This document shows, piece by piece, positions 8,533 through 18,924 of a stretch of 64,000 nucleotides of DNA. A model generated the notes under the pieces. The model ran no database searches and was not told the origin of the DNA. It was given only the letters and a program-made list of their open reading frames with translations. Source of the stretch: Planctomycetota bacterium (GTDB lineage: Bacteria; Planctomycetota; SZUA-567; H5-PLA8). Positions within the stretch are counted from its first letter, which is position 1. Each line of letters begins with the position of its first letter. The stretch spans positions 1 through 64,000 of the forward strand of contig JBBRPR010000032.1 in the NCBI GenBank assembly GCA_038227875.1. Reading direction: 5' to 3'. The position numbers and the translations under genes are program-made.

Positions 8533-10644
8533 ATGCGGCTGCCCAATTTAGTGCGCGTTTTAATAAGCGTCAGTGTGTTGAGCGTCCTCTGGCTGACTCA
8601 AGCCCAGGGAGCGGACTCCAAGTCGGCAACGCAACCCGTTCCGATTCGGATCAAGTCGCTGGGACAGTTGGCGCGTCTGCTCCACTTGCATAAACCGCAG
8701 CATCTGGCCGTGGCCAATGCTGGAACGCCGGGACCCAATGTGGGAACCGGGACCATTGTCGGCGCGCCAACGTTGACGACCAACGCGCCGACCGCAGCCG
8801 GAAGTCCATCCAGCGGCGCGGATTTCTCCGCCACCAACGTTCAGGTTCAGGGCGTCGATGAAGGCGATTTCGTCAAAACAGACGGCGAGTACATCTATCA
8901 GATCTCCAATGGCAAGGTGCTGATCATCCACGCCACGCCTGCCACGCAATTGACGCTCACCAGCAGCATCGATCTGGGCAGCGCGTTCTACCCGATCGAA
9001 CTGTATGTCCAGGGCAACCGGCTGGTGGTGACCGGCACGCATTTTTCTTTTTCTCCCATGATCGATCCGCTTCCGGGAGCCGGGGCAGTTACACCTGCCA
9101 GCGGCGGGGGCGCAACTGTTCCCGTGTTCACCGGACCGGAAACCCAGGTGCTGATCTTCGATATCACCGACAAGAACAACATCACGCCGCTCCGCACCAT
9201 CGGCATCGATGGCAATCTCGTTTCGTCGCGACGGATCGATCACTTCGTTTATCTGGTGACGAGCGTCTACCCGGATTACGTGATGGAACTCGCCGGCGTC
9301 TCCTCGGCGGCCAGCACGCTGAAAAAAGGCGCCAGGCAGCCCCGCAAGAAGCGCACTCAGGCCTCGTTCGTGCCGCTGCTGCGTGACACGGCTAAAAGCG
9401 ACACGCTACAGCCCATTCCGCTCAACGCTATTTTTGTATTCCCGAATTTCAGCGAGCCGGTCTTCATGACGCTCGCGGCGTTCGACATTCAGGACCCTGC
9501 CGCGCCCGTGGACATCAAGGCCTACCTCGGCGCCAGCGAAAACGTCTATGCCTCGCAGTCGAATCTCTACGTTCAGGCCTCACATTTTTATCCGGGGCCG
9601 ATCGTGGAGCCCGATCAGCCGCAACCCGCCACCGGCGTAACAACGCCCGCACATCCCATTCATGTGCCGGCGCACATTCGCACCTTTCAGATCAACAGCA
9701 CGCTCTACAAGTTTGCGCTAAGCAACGGGACGATCAGTTACACCGCGCAGGCCGAGGTTCCCGGCCTGGTGCTCAATTCATTCTCGATGGACGAAAGCGG
9801 CGGCAACTTCCGCGTCGCCACGACGCAGCATGTCTGGCAGAGCGATCAGTCCAGCGGCGTCTATGTCTTCGACGCCGCGATGCAGCCGCTCGGCAAAGTC
9901 GAAGGGCTCGCTCCAGGAGAACAGATCTACAGCGCGCGCTTCATCGGTGAACGCGCGTACCTCGTCACGTTTCATCGCGTCGATCCCTTGTTTGTGATCG
10001 ACCTTTCGAAACCCGCCGCGCCGGCGGCGCTCGGCCAGGTTGAACTCACTGGCGTCAGCGACTATCTCCAGCCCTTCGACGCGACGCATCTGCTCGGTTT
10101 TGGTTCGAACACCGATGCGACGGGTCGTTTGACGGGTTTCAAGATGGCGCTCTTCGATGTCTCCGATCCTGCGCATCCGACGGAACTGAATTCCGTGGTG
10201 GTCGACAATGGCAATTCAGAAGTCCAGTACGATCATCGCGCGCTGCTTCTTGATGTCTCACGCCACCTGCTGGCGCTGCCAGTAACGGTGACGAGCAATC
10301 TCAACGCGAACGCACCTGTGCCCCTTGTCACTACGGTGGCCACATCTGTTCCCAACGTGGTTTTGCCGATTCTACCTTTCTATAATCCAAGCGTGACTTC
10401 TGGGGCACAGATTTATGACATTTCACTTGAGCACGGATTTGTATTACGGAAGAATTTTTCTGCGACGCTCACTTATGACTTCGTTCACCGCATCGTTTCA
10501 CTAAAAGACTCCCTTTATATCGTTTCGGACGACCAGATTACGGCATTGGACTTCCCCAGCCTCAATCAAGAAAGTACGTTAAATCTTCCGAACCTACCCA
10601 CGTGGGTTCCCAATCTCGGTACTCCTTTACAGGTGCAATTTTAG
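8533..10644 (+). CDS. Secreted beta-propeller domain protein (Beta_propel/YrdL-like)
   Basis: Signal peptide; TNVQVQGVDEGDFVKTDGEYIY, LNSFSMDE..FRVATT and GEQIYSARFIG..YLVTF..VDPLFVIDL family motifs. Confidence 0.85.
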   Translation: MRLPNLVRVLISVSVLSVLWLTQAQGADSKSATQPVPIRIKSLGQLARLLHLHKPQHLAVANAGTPGPNVGTGTIVGAPTLTTNAPTAAGSPSSGADFSATNVQVQGVDEGDFVKTDGEYIYQISNGKVLIIHATPATQLTLTSSIDLGSAFYPIELYVQGNRLVVTGTHFSFSPMIDPLPGAGAVTPASGGGATVPVFTGPETQVLIFDITDKNNITPLRTIGIDGNLVSSRRIDHFVYLVTSVYPDYVMELAGVSSAASTLKKGARQPRKKRTQASFVPLLRDTAKSDTLQPIPLNAIFVFPNFSEPVFMTLAAFDIQDPAAPVDIKAYLGASENVYASQSNLYVQASHFYPGPIVEPDQPQPATGVTTPAHPIHVPAHIRTFQINSTLYKFALSNGTISYTAQAEVPGLVLNSFSMDESGGNFRVATTQHVWQSDQSSGVYVFDAAMQPLGKVEGLAPGEQIYSARFIGERAYLVTFHRVDPLFVIDLSKPAAPAALGQVELTGVSDYLQPFDATHLLGFGSNTDATGRLTGFKMALFDVSDPAHPTELNSVVVDNGNSEVQYDHRALLLDVSRHLLALPVTVTSNLNANAPVPLVTTVATSVPNVVLPILPFYNPSVTSGAQIYDISLEHGFVLRKNFSATLTYDFVHRIVSLKDSLYIVSDDQITALDFPSLNQESTLNLPNLPTWVPNLGTPLQVQF

Positions 10645-10799
10645 ACCGTAAGCGGGTGCCGTGCCGACTTTATATACTTTTCAAGAATTTTGATTGGGTG
10701 TTGACTCTGCCCAATGCCTCGGTTACACAATGGCGCATTAGCCAGCATAACAAGGGTAAGGGCACCTCACGGAGTACAGAGGTGGCAGGGGGGTTGTGT

Positions 10800-12884
10800 T
10801 TGAAGCTCCTAAGTAACAGGTGCAGAACGCGCCGAGTCGGTATTGTTGTGCTACTCGCAGTATGTATGCTCAGCATTGCCTCGGTCCGCGCTGCCGACGA
10901 CAACAAATCTTCCGCCGCTGGACAGTTCGAGTCACCCGACTCGGCGACTGACGCGGTACAGCCAAAGAAGGACACGGCACCCGATAGTGCCAGCGTGGAA
11001 ACAGTTCCCGCTGCTGCCATCGACGTCGGTGATCCTGCGGTGCCGTCGCCAGAAACGGTCACGCCTCCGACTGGAGGCGCAGCTGCGTCTACCGACGCCG
11101 CGCCGGCAGCACCCGCTGCGCCGACCGCTGACGCCGAGAAGCCGTCGCTTGAGGCTAACCCCTCCACTGATCCGACCAAGCCGAAGATCGACACGAGCTT
11201 CGACGGCAAGCCAAGTACCTGCGAAGCCTGCGACGATGAAATCGACTACCTCTATGTAGAGCCGCCGGAAGTCCCGGGGTTCAAGGGTTGGAAGACCAAC
11301 GGCATTCCGCGCGGCCACGAAAACGACGAAATGATTCCCGTGCCCGATCGCTGGCGCGTCGGACTTTCGCCGGACACGCGCCATCCGCATGGCAACATTC
11401 TCAATCCGTACCGTCAGAACATCCTGAAGGGCGACTACCCCATCATTGGTCAGTCGCTGTTCTTGTCGCTCGGTGCTGAATCCAATTCGCTGGTCGAAGG
11501 ACACAAGCTGCCGACGGCGTCGGGCGTCACTGCCCAGCGCGCCAACAGCGAACAGTTCTTTGGTCACGGCGAGCAGATCATCGGCGTCGAAAACATCATC
11601 CTGACGCTCGAATTCTACAAGGGTGAAACCGACTTCAAGCCGCGCGAATGGGAAATCCACCTCACGCCGGTCTTCAACGTCAACTATGTTCAGACCGAGG
11701 AAAACTTCGCCACGAACATCGATCCGCGCGAAGGCAAGGATCGCTTCGACTACCACGTCTCCTTCATTGAAGCGTTCGGTGAATACCACTTCCGCGACAT
11801 TTCCAAGAACTACGACTTCGTCTCGTCGCGCGTCGGTATCCAGCCCTTCAACGAAGACTTCCGTGGCTTCCTGTTCCTGGATAGCAATCTCGGTGCGCGC
11901 ATCTTTGGTAATCTGGAAGGCAACCGCCTCCAGTACAATCTGGCCTACTTCGAGCAGCTCGAAAAGGACACCAATTCGGGGCTGAACTCCTTCAATTTCC
12001 GCCACCAGCATCTGGTGATGGGTGACCTGATCCGCCAGGATACGCTCTTCTCCGGATACGACATGGTGTTCAATGTCGCCTATAACGATGACGAACCCAA
12101 CACCCATTATAATAACAACGGCGTGATCGTCCGCCCGGCGCCGATCGGCGACCTGGCCATCCATTCGGTCAAGGCTGGCTACGTGGGCTTCGGCGGCAAC
12201 GGCCACATCGGCAAGATCAACGTCTCGAACCAGTTCTACCAGGCCTTCGGCGAAGAGTCGCACAATGCGCTGGCTGGCCGCAAGACCGAAATCGATGCGC
12301 GGATGTTTGCGCTCGAAGCGTCCATGGACAAGGACTGGATGAAGTTCCGCGCCTCCTTCTTCTATGCATCCGGCGACGACAAAGTGGAAGACCGCAAGGC
12401 CAAGGGTTTCGATACGATTCTCGACGACCCGAACTTTGCCGGTGGCGAGTTCAGCTTCTGGGTCCGCAACGGCCTCAGCGGCGGAAACGCGCTGACCTCG
12501 CTCAAGGGTCGCTTCTCGCTGGTGCCCGACCTGCGCACGGACAAGGCGGAAGGTCAGGCCAACTTCGTCAACCCCGGCGTGCAGCTCTTCAACGTCGGCT
12601 ATGACGCTGAACTGACGCAGCAGCTGACGGCCAAGCTGAACCTCAACTACATCCGCTTCGATCAGGCCGCTCCGATGGAATCGCTGTTGCATCAGGCGCA
12701 CATCGGCCGCGATCTGGGTTACGACTACTCGCTGGGCATGATCTATCGTCCGTTCTTGAACCAGCAAGTGCTCATAACGGGCGGCATTTCAGGCTTTACG
12801 CCGGTCAGTGGCGGCGCGTTCTCCAAGATCTACGCGAACTCGTCCTTGTTCGCGGGATTCCTCAACCTGGTCGTGCGGTACTAG
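10800..12884 (+). CDS. Putative outer-membrane beta-barrel protein (start uncertain; TTG at 10800 chosen)
   Basis: Signal peptide ending ASVRA, Pro/Ala-rich linker, alternating aromatic beta-strands, and a C-terminal beta-signal FAGFLNLVVRY. Confidence 0.7.
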   Translation: MKLLSNRCRTRRVGIVVLLAVCMLSIASVRAADDNKSSAAGQFESPDSATDAVQPKKDTAPDSASVETVPAAAIDVGDPAVPSPETVTPPTGGAAASTDAAPAAPAAPTADAEKPSLEANPSTDPTKPKIDTSFDGKPSTCEACDDEIDYLYVEPPEVPGFKGWKTNGIPRGHENDEMIPVPDRWRVGLSPDTRHPHGNILNPYRQNILKGDYPIIGQSLFLSLGAESNSLVEGHKLPTASGVTAQRANSEQFFGHGEQIIGVENIILTLEFYKGETDFKPREWEIHLTPVFNVNYVQTEENFATNIDPREGKDRFDYHVSFIEAFGEYHFRDISKNYDFVSSRVGIQPFNEDFRGFLFLDSNLGARIFGNLEGNRLQYNLAYFEQLEKDTNSGLNSFNFRHQHLVMGDLIRQDTLFSGYDMVFNVAYNDDEPNTHYNNNGVIVRPAPIGDLAIHSVKAGYVGFGGNGHIGKINVSNQFYQAFGEESHNALAGRKTEIDARMFALEASMDKDWMKFRASFFYASGDDKVEDRKAKGFDTILDDPNFAGGEFSFWVRNGLSGGNALTSLKGRFSLVPDLRTDKAEGQANFVNPGVQLFNVGYDAELTQQLTAKLNLNYIRFDQAAPMESLLHQAHIGRDLGYDYSLGMIYRPFLNQQVLITGGISGFTPVSGGAFSKIYANSSLFAGFLNLVVRY

Positions 12885-12935
12885 TCGTTCGGTACTAAAT
12901 GTGGACCTGCTGGATGAACTGCTGAAGGGAAGCGT

Positions 12936-15900
12936 ATGAAAGTTGTGCTGAAAAAGCCTTGGATCATTCTTTCGGGACTCTGCGCCTCCGTCGGATTGGC
13001 GTTGGCGCTTTCGGGCTGCAAACCCGAAGAGCTGGGCGCCGGACACCCGACGACCGACGAGTTCTACGACCCGGTGCTCGATTACGCTGGCGAGCCGCGC
13101 ATGCCCGTTGCGCCCAAGAGCCAGAGCGATGACGACATTGCCAAGAAGTCGACCGGCTGCATGACCTGCCATAAGGGCATCGAAAATCCCAGCATGCACG
13201 ATTCCGCGGCCGTCAAGCTCGGCTGCACCGACTGTCATGGCGGCACCGGCACGGCCACTGAAAAAGAAACCGCTCACGTCCACCCGCGCGGCCACTGGTA
13301 TTCGGCCCGCCCGACATTCACCAAACGCTGGGTTGTGAAGGAAGACGGAGCGAAGGAAGAGAAGAAGGCCGACGCCCCCGCCGCCAAGCCAGAAGAGAAG
13401 AAGGATTCCAGCAGCGCGAAGTCCAAGGCTGAACAGGCCATCAGCGTCACCGCTCCGACCAACGAATCGGCCGCGACCTTCGCCGTTGATGACACCAAGC
13501 CCGCCGAAGCCAAGCCGGCTGCTCCCGTTGCGCCCGACGTCAAGCCGGTCGAAACCAAGGGCGAAGAGAAGGCCGAGCCCGCGGTTGAACACGGCTACGA
13601 AGAATTGACCGACCGCTCGAAGGAAAACGACGAGCACGGAACCGAACATTTCGAAACGGCCGCCAACCCCAAGCGCGCCAATATCGCCTGGCTGCAGGAA
13701 TCCCCGGAATTCATCCGCTTCGTCAATCCCGGCGACCTGCGCGTGGCCCGCTACGCCTGCGGCGAATGTCACGCCGACGAAGTTCACAACGTCCCCCGCA
13801 GCATGATGGCCCACGGCGCCATGCTCCGCGGCGCGGCGCTTTACAACAACGGTTCGCACAATCAGAAAATCGCCCGCTACGGTGAAGCTTACACGCTCAT
13901 CGGCACGCCCGCGCGCCTGCAGCAGGTGCCCGCGCCGACGCCCGAACAGACCAAGCTCCGCGGCATTCTCCCGTGGCTTGGACCGCTCCCGCGCTACAAC
14001 GTGACGATGTCCGGAAACATTCTGCGCGCGTTCGAACGTGGCGGCAAGCCGACCAAGGAAATCGGCAACCCCAGCCCCGAAGACGAAGGCGGCAAGAACG
14101 AATTCCACAATTCAATCCGCGGCTACGGCACGAAGCTGAGCACCGACCCGGTGTTCCTGGGCATCCAGAAGACGCGTCTGTTCGACCCGATCCTCTGGAA
14201 TCTGGGCACCAACGACCAGTCGGGCGACTACCGCTCGTCGGGTTGCAGCGCCTGCCACGTCATCTACGCCAACGACCGCGATCCGGCACACTCGGGTCCT
14301 TACGCCAAGTACGGCAAGCACGGCAACACGTTCTCCAAAGACGAAACGATGAAGGAAGTCGTCGGCCGCGAAACCGGGCATCCGATCGCCCATAAGCTGA
14401 CCAGCGCCATTCCGTCATCGCAGTGCGTTGTCTGCCACATGCATCCCGGCACGACAGTGACCAACACCTACTACGGCACGCTGTGGTGGGACAACGAAAC
14501 GGAAGGCTCCAAGCTCTACCCGAAGGAACAGACCAAGAAGTCCGAACGCGACATGTACAAGATCAAGATCCGCAATCCGGAAGGCGCGGCGCTGCGCGGT
14601 CTGTGGGGCGACGTCGATTTCCTCGAAAGCGTCTTCGATCACAACGACGACTTCAAGCAGGTCCAGTTCGCCGACTTCAACGGCCACGGCTGGCTCTTCC
14701 GCAACATCTACAAGCAGGACTTGCACGGCAATCTGCTCGACAAGGACGACAAGATCGTGCCGTTCGATTCGCCCAACAAGTTCAAGAAGGGCCCCGCAGG
14801 CGAACCGATCGCCGGCTCGGCCGTGCACATGCAGGACATCCACATGGAAAAGGGGATGCACTGCATCGATTGTCACTTCAGCATCGACAATCACGGCAAC
14901 GGCAATCTGTACGGCGAAGTCCGCAACGCCACGGAAATCATGTGCGCCGATTGTCACGGCACCATCTACAAGAAGGCCACGTTAAAGACGACCGGTAATG
15001 CTGCTCCCGATAAGGGCGGCACGGACCTGAGCAAGACCACGACGTCCTTCGGCAAGCGCTTCAAATGGGAAGGCGACAAGCTCTACCAGCAGTCGGCCGT
15101 CAACAAGGACCTGAAGTGGGAAGTCATCCAGACTGTCGACACCATCACGCCCGGCAGCCCGCACTACAACGAAGCGTCCCGCTACGCCAAGACCATGCGC
15201 CGGGATGCCAAGACGTGGGGCGACGTTCCGACCGATCCCAAGCTCCTCGCCCATCAGGACGAGAAGATGGACTGCTACGTCTGTCACACCGGGTTCATGG
15301 CTTCGTGCTTCGGCTGTCATTTGCCGATGCGCGCCAACCAGGCCCGCTTCAACAATCACTACGAAGGTGGCAAGAGCCGCAACTGGACGCAGTACAATTT
15401 CCAGACGTTGCGCGACGACTGCTTCATGCTGGGCATCGACGGCACCGTCAAGCACAACAAGGTTGCGCCTGTCCGCTCGATGTGCGCCGTGATTGTGTCT
15501 TCGCAGAACGCGCAGCGCGAATGGATCTACAGCCAGCAGCAGACGATTTCCGCCGAAGGCTTCAGCGGCCAGTCGTTTGCCCCGCACTACCCGCACAATG
15601 TCCGCAGCAAGGAAACCAAGCGCTGCACCGACTGCCACGTTTCGGTCGCCGGCGACAACAACGCGCATCTGGCTCAGACCTACCTGCTCGGCACGAATCA
15701 GACCAACTTCATGTTCCGCTACGTCTACACGGGCAATGAAGGCCACGGCTTCAACGCTGTGACCGTCACCGAACACGACGAACCGCAGGCCGTGATTGGT
15801 TCGACCCTGCACCGCGATGCCTATCCGAAGGAATTCGAAGAGCATCTGGCGCACGGCCGTGAACTCGACGAAATCGACCACCATCCCGATACGGTGCTGG

Positions 15901-17399
15901 GACTGCAGCTCCGCGGCGAATATCTCTACGCGGCCCGCGGCAAGGGTGGCTTGACGATTTACGACGTCCACGCCATCGACAACAAGGGCTTCAGCGAGAA
16001 GATGGTGAGTGCGCCGGTCAGTCCGCTGGGCCAGCGCCTGTACGTCAAGAGCAGCTACTGCACGAGCGTGATCTCTCCGACGGTCCTGGGCGTCGACCCG
16101 ACGCGCCAGCCGCCGCTGCGCCCGCGCAACCCGATGAACCAGGAACAGCCGATCAGCCTGACCTACGCGTTCCTGTACTGTACCGACCGCGACGAAGGTC
16201 TGTTCACGGTGATGGCCGGCACGCTGCTCGACGGCGATCCGACCAACAACTTCCTCAAGCGCCACATGACCTTCAACCCGGGTGGCATCCTCAACGGCGC
16301 CGTCAATGGCACCGTCGCGGGCAACTACATCTACATCTGCTGCGATGCCGGCCTGGTCGTGGTGGACATCTCGAAGATCGGCACCGAACTGGTCGAAGCC
16401 GCGCTCCGTCTCAATCCGGACGGCACGAAGGTCATCGACGTCGACACGCTGGTCAAGAATTCGGCGGCTGCTGATCCGAACCTGCTCAAGGTTGTCTCCG
16501 TCGTTCCGCTGAACAAGCCCAAGGCCGTGCGCATTCAGTTCCGCTACGCGTTCGTGGTCGATGCCGACGGCCTGAAGGTCATCGACGTCACCGAACCGAC
16601 CGCCGCGAAGCTGACGGCCGGCATGGTGCCGATCAAGGACGCGCGCAACCTGTACTTGTCCCGCACGTACGCCTACGTGGCCGCTGGCTGCGAAGGTCTG
16701 GGCCTGGTCGACATTGAAACGGCCGAACAGCCCAAGCTCGAACAGATGTACAACGCCAACGGCGCGCTCTGCGATGTCTGCGACGTCAAGGTCGGCATGA
16801 CCAACGCCTCGGTCTTCGCTTACGTGGCCAACGGCGATAACGGTCTGGCCGTGCTCCAGATGACCAGCCCCGAAGCCGTGCCCACATACTTGGGCTGGGC
16901 GTCGAAGGTCAAGCCGGAACTGATCGCGACCGCCAAGCTCGGCGGCCGCACCGTGGCGCTCTCCGAAGGCCTGCAGCGCGACCGCGGCGTGGACGAAAGC
17001 GGCAATCAGCTCTCCTGCTTCAACCGCGTCGGCTCCCGTCCGTTCAACAAGGCCGAACTGGAAGGCATGTACAAGATCGACGGCAAGCTCTTCACGGTCA
17101 GCAACAAGCCCTCTGGCGAGCCGCTCGAAATCAAGCTGCCCCCGGGCACGGTTGATCCGAAGCTGAAGGCCAAGATCGAAGAACTCGAAGACGCGATCAA
17201 GAAGGAACGCAACCCGGCGAAGAAGAAGAAGCTGCAGGACGAACTCGAACCGCTGAAGAAGCAGGCCGAGGAACAGGCTTCCGCGGGTGGCAACGAAGAC
17301 AAGATCAAGGACATGGAAGAACAGATCTCCAAGGAACGCAACCCGGCCAAGAAGAAGAAGCTCCAGGCCGATCTGGAAGAGCTGAAGAAGAAAAAGTAA
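12936..17399 (+). CDS. Decaheme c-type cytochrome lipoprotein with LVIVD-repeat C-terminal region
   Basis: Lipobox LALSGC. CxxCH motifs: CMTCH, CTDCH, CGECH, CSACH, CVVCH, CIDCH, CADCH, CYVCH, CFGCH, CTDCH. LVIVD-like repeats YAFVVDADGLKVIDV, YAYVAAGCEGLGLVDI, YIYICCDAGLVVVDI. Confidence 0.85.
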   Translation: MKVVLKKPWIILSGLCASVGLALALSGCKPEELGAGHPTTDEFYDPVLDYAGEPRMPVAPKSQSDDDIAKKSTGCMTCHKGIENPSMHDSAAVKLGCTDCHGGTGTATEKETAHVHPRGHWYSARPTFTKRWVVKEDGAKEEKKADAPAAKPEEKKDSSSAKSKAEQAISVTAPTNESAATFAVDDTKPAEAKPAAPVAPDVKPVETKGEEKAEPAVEHGYEELTDRSKENDEHGTEHFETAANPKRANIAWLQESPEFIRFVNPGDLRVARYACGECHADEVHNVPRSMMAHGAMLRGAALYNNGSHNQKIARYGEAYTLIGTPARLQQVPAPTPEQTKLRGILPWLGPLPRYNVTMSGNILRAFERGGKPTKEIGNPSPEDEGGKNEFHNSIRGYGTKLSTDPVFLGIQKTRLFDPILWNLGTNDQSGDYRSSGCSACHVIYANDRDPAHSGPYAKYGKHGNTFSKDETMKEVVGRETGHPIAHKLTSAIPSSQCVVCHMHPGTTVTNTYYGTLWWDNETEGSKLYPKEQTKKSERDMYKIKIRNPEGAALRGLWGDVDFLESVFDHNDDFKQVQFADFNGHGWLFRNIYKQDLHGNLLDKDDKIVPFDSPNKFKKGPAGEPIAGSAVHMQDIHMEKGMHCIDCHFSIDNHGNGNLYGEVRNATEIMCADCHGTIYKKATLKTTGNAAPDKGGTDLSKTTTSFGKRFKWEGDKLYQQSAVNKDLKWEVIQTVDTITPGSPHYNEASRYAKTMRRDAKTWGDVPTDPKLLAHQDEKMDCYVCHTGFMASCFGCHLPMRANQARFNNHYEGGKSRNWTQYNFQTLRDDCFMLGIDGTVKHNKVAPVRSMCAVIVSSQNAQREWIYSQQQTISAEGFSGQSFAPHYPHNVRSKETKRCTDCHVSVAGDNNAHLAQTYLLGTNQTNFMFRYVYTGNEGHGFNAVTVTEHDEPQAVIGSTLHRDAYPKEFEEHLAHGRELDEIDHHPDTVLGLQLRGEYLYAARGKGGLTIYDVHAIDNKGFSEKMVSAPVSPLGQRLYVKSSYCTSVISPTVLGVDPTRQPPLRPRNPMNQEQPISLTYAFLYCTDRDEGLFTVMAGTLLDGDPTNNFLKRHMTFNPGGILNGAVNGTVAGNYIYICCDAGLVVVDISKIGTELVEAALRLNPDGTKVIDVDTLVKNSAAADPNLLKVVSVVPLNKPKAVRIQFRYAFVVDADGLKVIDVTEPTAAKLTAGMVPIKDARNLYLSRTYAYVAAGCEGLGLVDIETAEQPKLEQMYNANGALCDVCDVKVGMTNASVFAYVANGDNGLAVLQMTSPEAVPTYLGWASKVKPELIATAKLGGRTVALSEGLQRDRGVDESGNQLSCFNRVGSRPFNKAELEGMYKIDGKLFTVSNKPSGEPLEIKLPPGTVDPKLKAKIEELEDAIKKERNPAKKKKLQDELEPLKKQAEEQASAGGNEDKIKDMEEQISKERNPAKKKKLQADLEELKKKK

Positions 17400-17424
17400 G
17401 CCAGCCAAAGACCCAAGCCCGACC

Positions 17425-17457
17425 AAAACTCCCCGCGCAAGCGGGGAGTTTTGTTTT
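17425..17457 (+). terminator. Rho-independent terminator of the porin-cytochrome pair
   Basis: AAAACTCCCCGC-GCAA-GCGGGGAGTTTT followed by GTTTT; GNRA loop. Confidence 0.85.
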
Positions 17458-17494
17458 CCAGGTTGAAGATCGTGCGATTACAATACCGCGATAT

Positions 17495-18184
17495 ATGAGC
17501 GACCAACCCAAGCGCCGGTTCTGGCAGCTTCATTTATCGTCGATCGTGGTGTTAACGCTTTTGGCGGGCGGATTGCTCTTTTTGAATATTCAGGATCGAA
17601 AGGATTCCTACTCCAATCTCGTGTTTTACAAATATGCGTTCGGCTGGCCGGACCCGGCAGTGATGGTGATATCAAATGAAAATGGGCCCGACATCAGGAA
17701 TTTCTTATATAAGAAACTCGCCTGGGATGGCTGCGTAACGATTCTCATTCTTGTAATCGGTGTAGTAATTTTAGAACACTCGCCTTTGCCCCCGTCGGAT
17801 TGGACTAAACGCCGGTGGTTTCATCTCGCCAGACCTTCAAAACTCACATTGATTGGCGTCATTTGCCTGGTCCTGATACTTAACCTGCGACACCGGCCAT
17901 ACGGTCCGAATTCTTCATTTGGCTGGGTTTGCGGTTGGCCAGTCGTTGCGATGGTGAATTCGGAAACGAACTTCACTGAGCCCAATATCTACATTCTCAA
18001 TCCCGTGCTGGAAGACAACGCCGACTTCGCTCCATCAGGGTCGATACGCATTCACAGTTGGCCGAGCGTTTCGGGAATTCTGATGTGGATCGTTCCCAAT
18101 GCAATTGTCGGGCTGTTCGTCGTAGTTTTACCTGTTGCCTGGTGTGAGTTGCTTCACCGCCGCCGCGAGTCCCGCCGCCAATGA
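17495..18184 (+). CDS. Membrane protein, array member 1 (two internal repeat units)
   Basis: KRRFWQLHLSS..GGLLFLN..FGWP, then KRRWFHLA..LILN..CGWP..WCE. Confidence 0.75.
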   Translation: MSDQPKRRFWQLHLSSIVVLTLLAGGLLFLNIQDRKDSYSNLVFYKYAFGWPDPAVMVISNENGPDIRNFLYKKLAWDGCVTILILVIGVVILEHSPLPPSDWTKRRWFHLARPSKLTLIGVICLVLILNLRHRPYGPNSSFGWVCGWPVVAMVNSETNFTEPNIYILNPVLEDNADFAPSGSIRIHSWPSVSGILMWIVPNAIVGLFVVVLPVAWCELLHRRRESRRQ

Positions 18185-18555
18185 CTGGGAATAAGCGCCC
18201 GATCTGGCAACTGCATCTCAGCACCGCGCTGATCCTGGCTTTTATTTCAGGCGGTTTGCTCTGGGCGAATTTGACCGAGTACCGATATTGGTGGATTGGT
18301 GGCGAAGAAGCGTACGAATTCGATGTGCTTCAAGAGTCTCGCGCAATGGGTTGGCCGTGCGCGGTGCGCTATCAGTTCACTGGAAATGCGCACCACCAGG
18401 ATGGCAAGCCGTACCTGCAATCACGCACGGTTTTTCCCGTGGAATTCTCACCGGCAGCCGCAGTTATCAACGCCACCGTCGCGGTACTGGCACTTCTGGC
18501 CCTGGCCATCGCGTGCGAGTTCTACATACGCGTGCGCAGGGTCCTCGTCGAATGA
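18181..18555 (+). CDS. Membrane protein, array member 2
   Basis: KRPIWQLHLST..GGLLWAN..MGWP..IACE; ATGA overlap with the upstream stop. Confidence 0.8.
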   Translation: MTGNKRPIWQLHLSTALILAFISGGLLWANLTEYRYWWIGGEEAYEFDVLQESRAMGWPCAVRYQFTGNAHHQDGKPYLQSRTVFPVEFSPAAAVINATVAVLALLALAIACEFYIRVRRVLVE

Positions 18556-18924
18556 ATCAGACTTCGCGCCGCCGCTGGTTCCAAGTCCACCTCTCGACGG
18601 TGATCGCGCTGACGTTGGTGACCGGCGGTCTGCTCGGTCTGAACATCGTCCGGCACCCCCAACGCAGGAGTATTTATCGATCCAGGGTACGCACAGGATC
18701 CGGAATGGGAAATTGGCGAAACACGAGGCATCCCATTCAACTACATGCGCGTTCAGTATGTCGCCATTCTCCACGGCGATAATGAACGACCATCACCGAA
18801 TAGTGCTCATTTCCGCACGATGGAATGGCTTTTCCGTGGCCTATTAGCCGACAGCGCAATTGCAGTCGCTCTGATTGTCGCCACCGCAATCGGTATAGAA
18901 CGATTCGAGCGCCGCCGCCCATGA
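18552..18924 (+). pseudogene. Array member 3, split by a +1 frameshift near 18643-18720
   Basis: The ATG frame gives MNQTSRRRWFQVHLST..GGLLGLNIVRHP. The +1 frame is open 18643-18924 and gives NAGVFIDPGY..RGIPF..GLLADSAIAVALIVATAIGIERFERRRP*, whose stop overlaps the next ATG. Confidence 0.75.
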
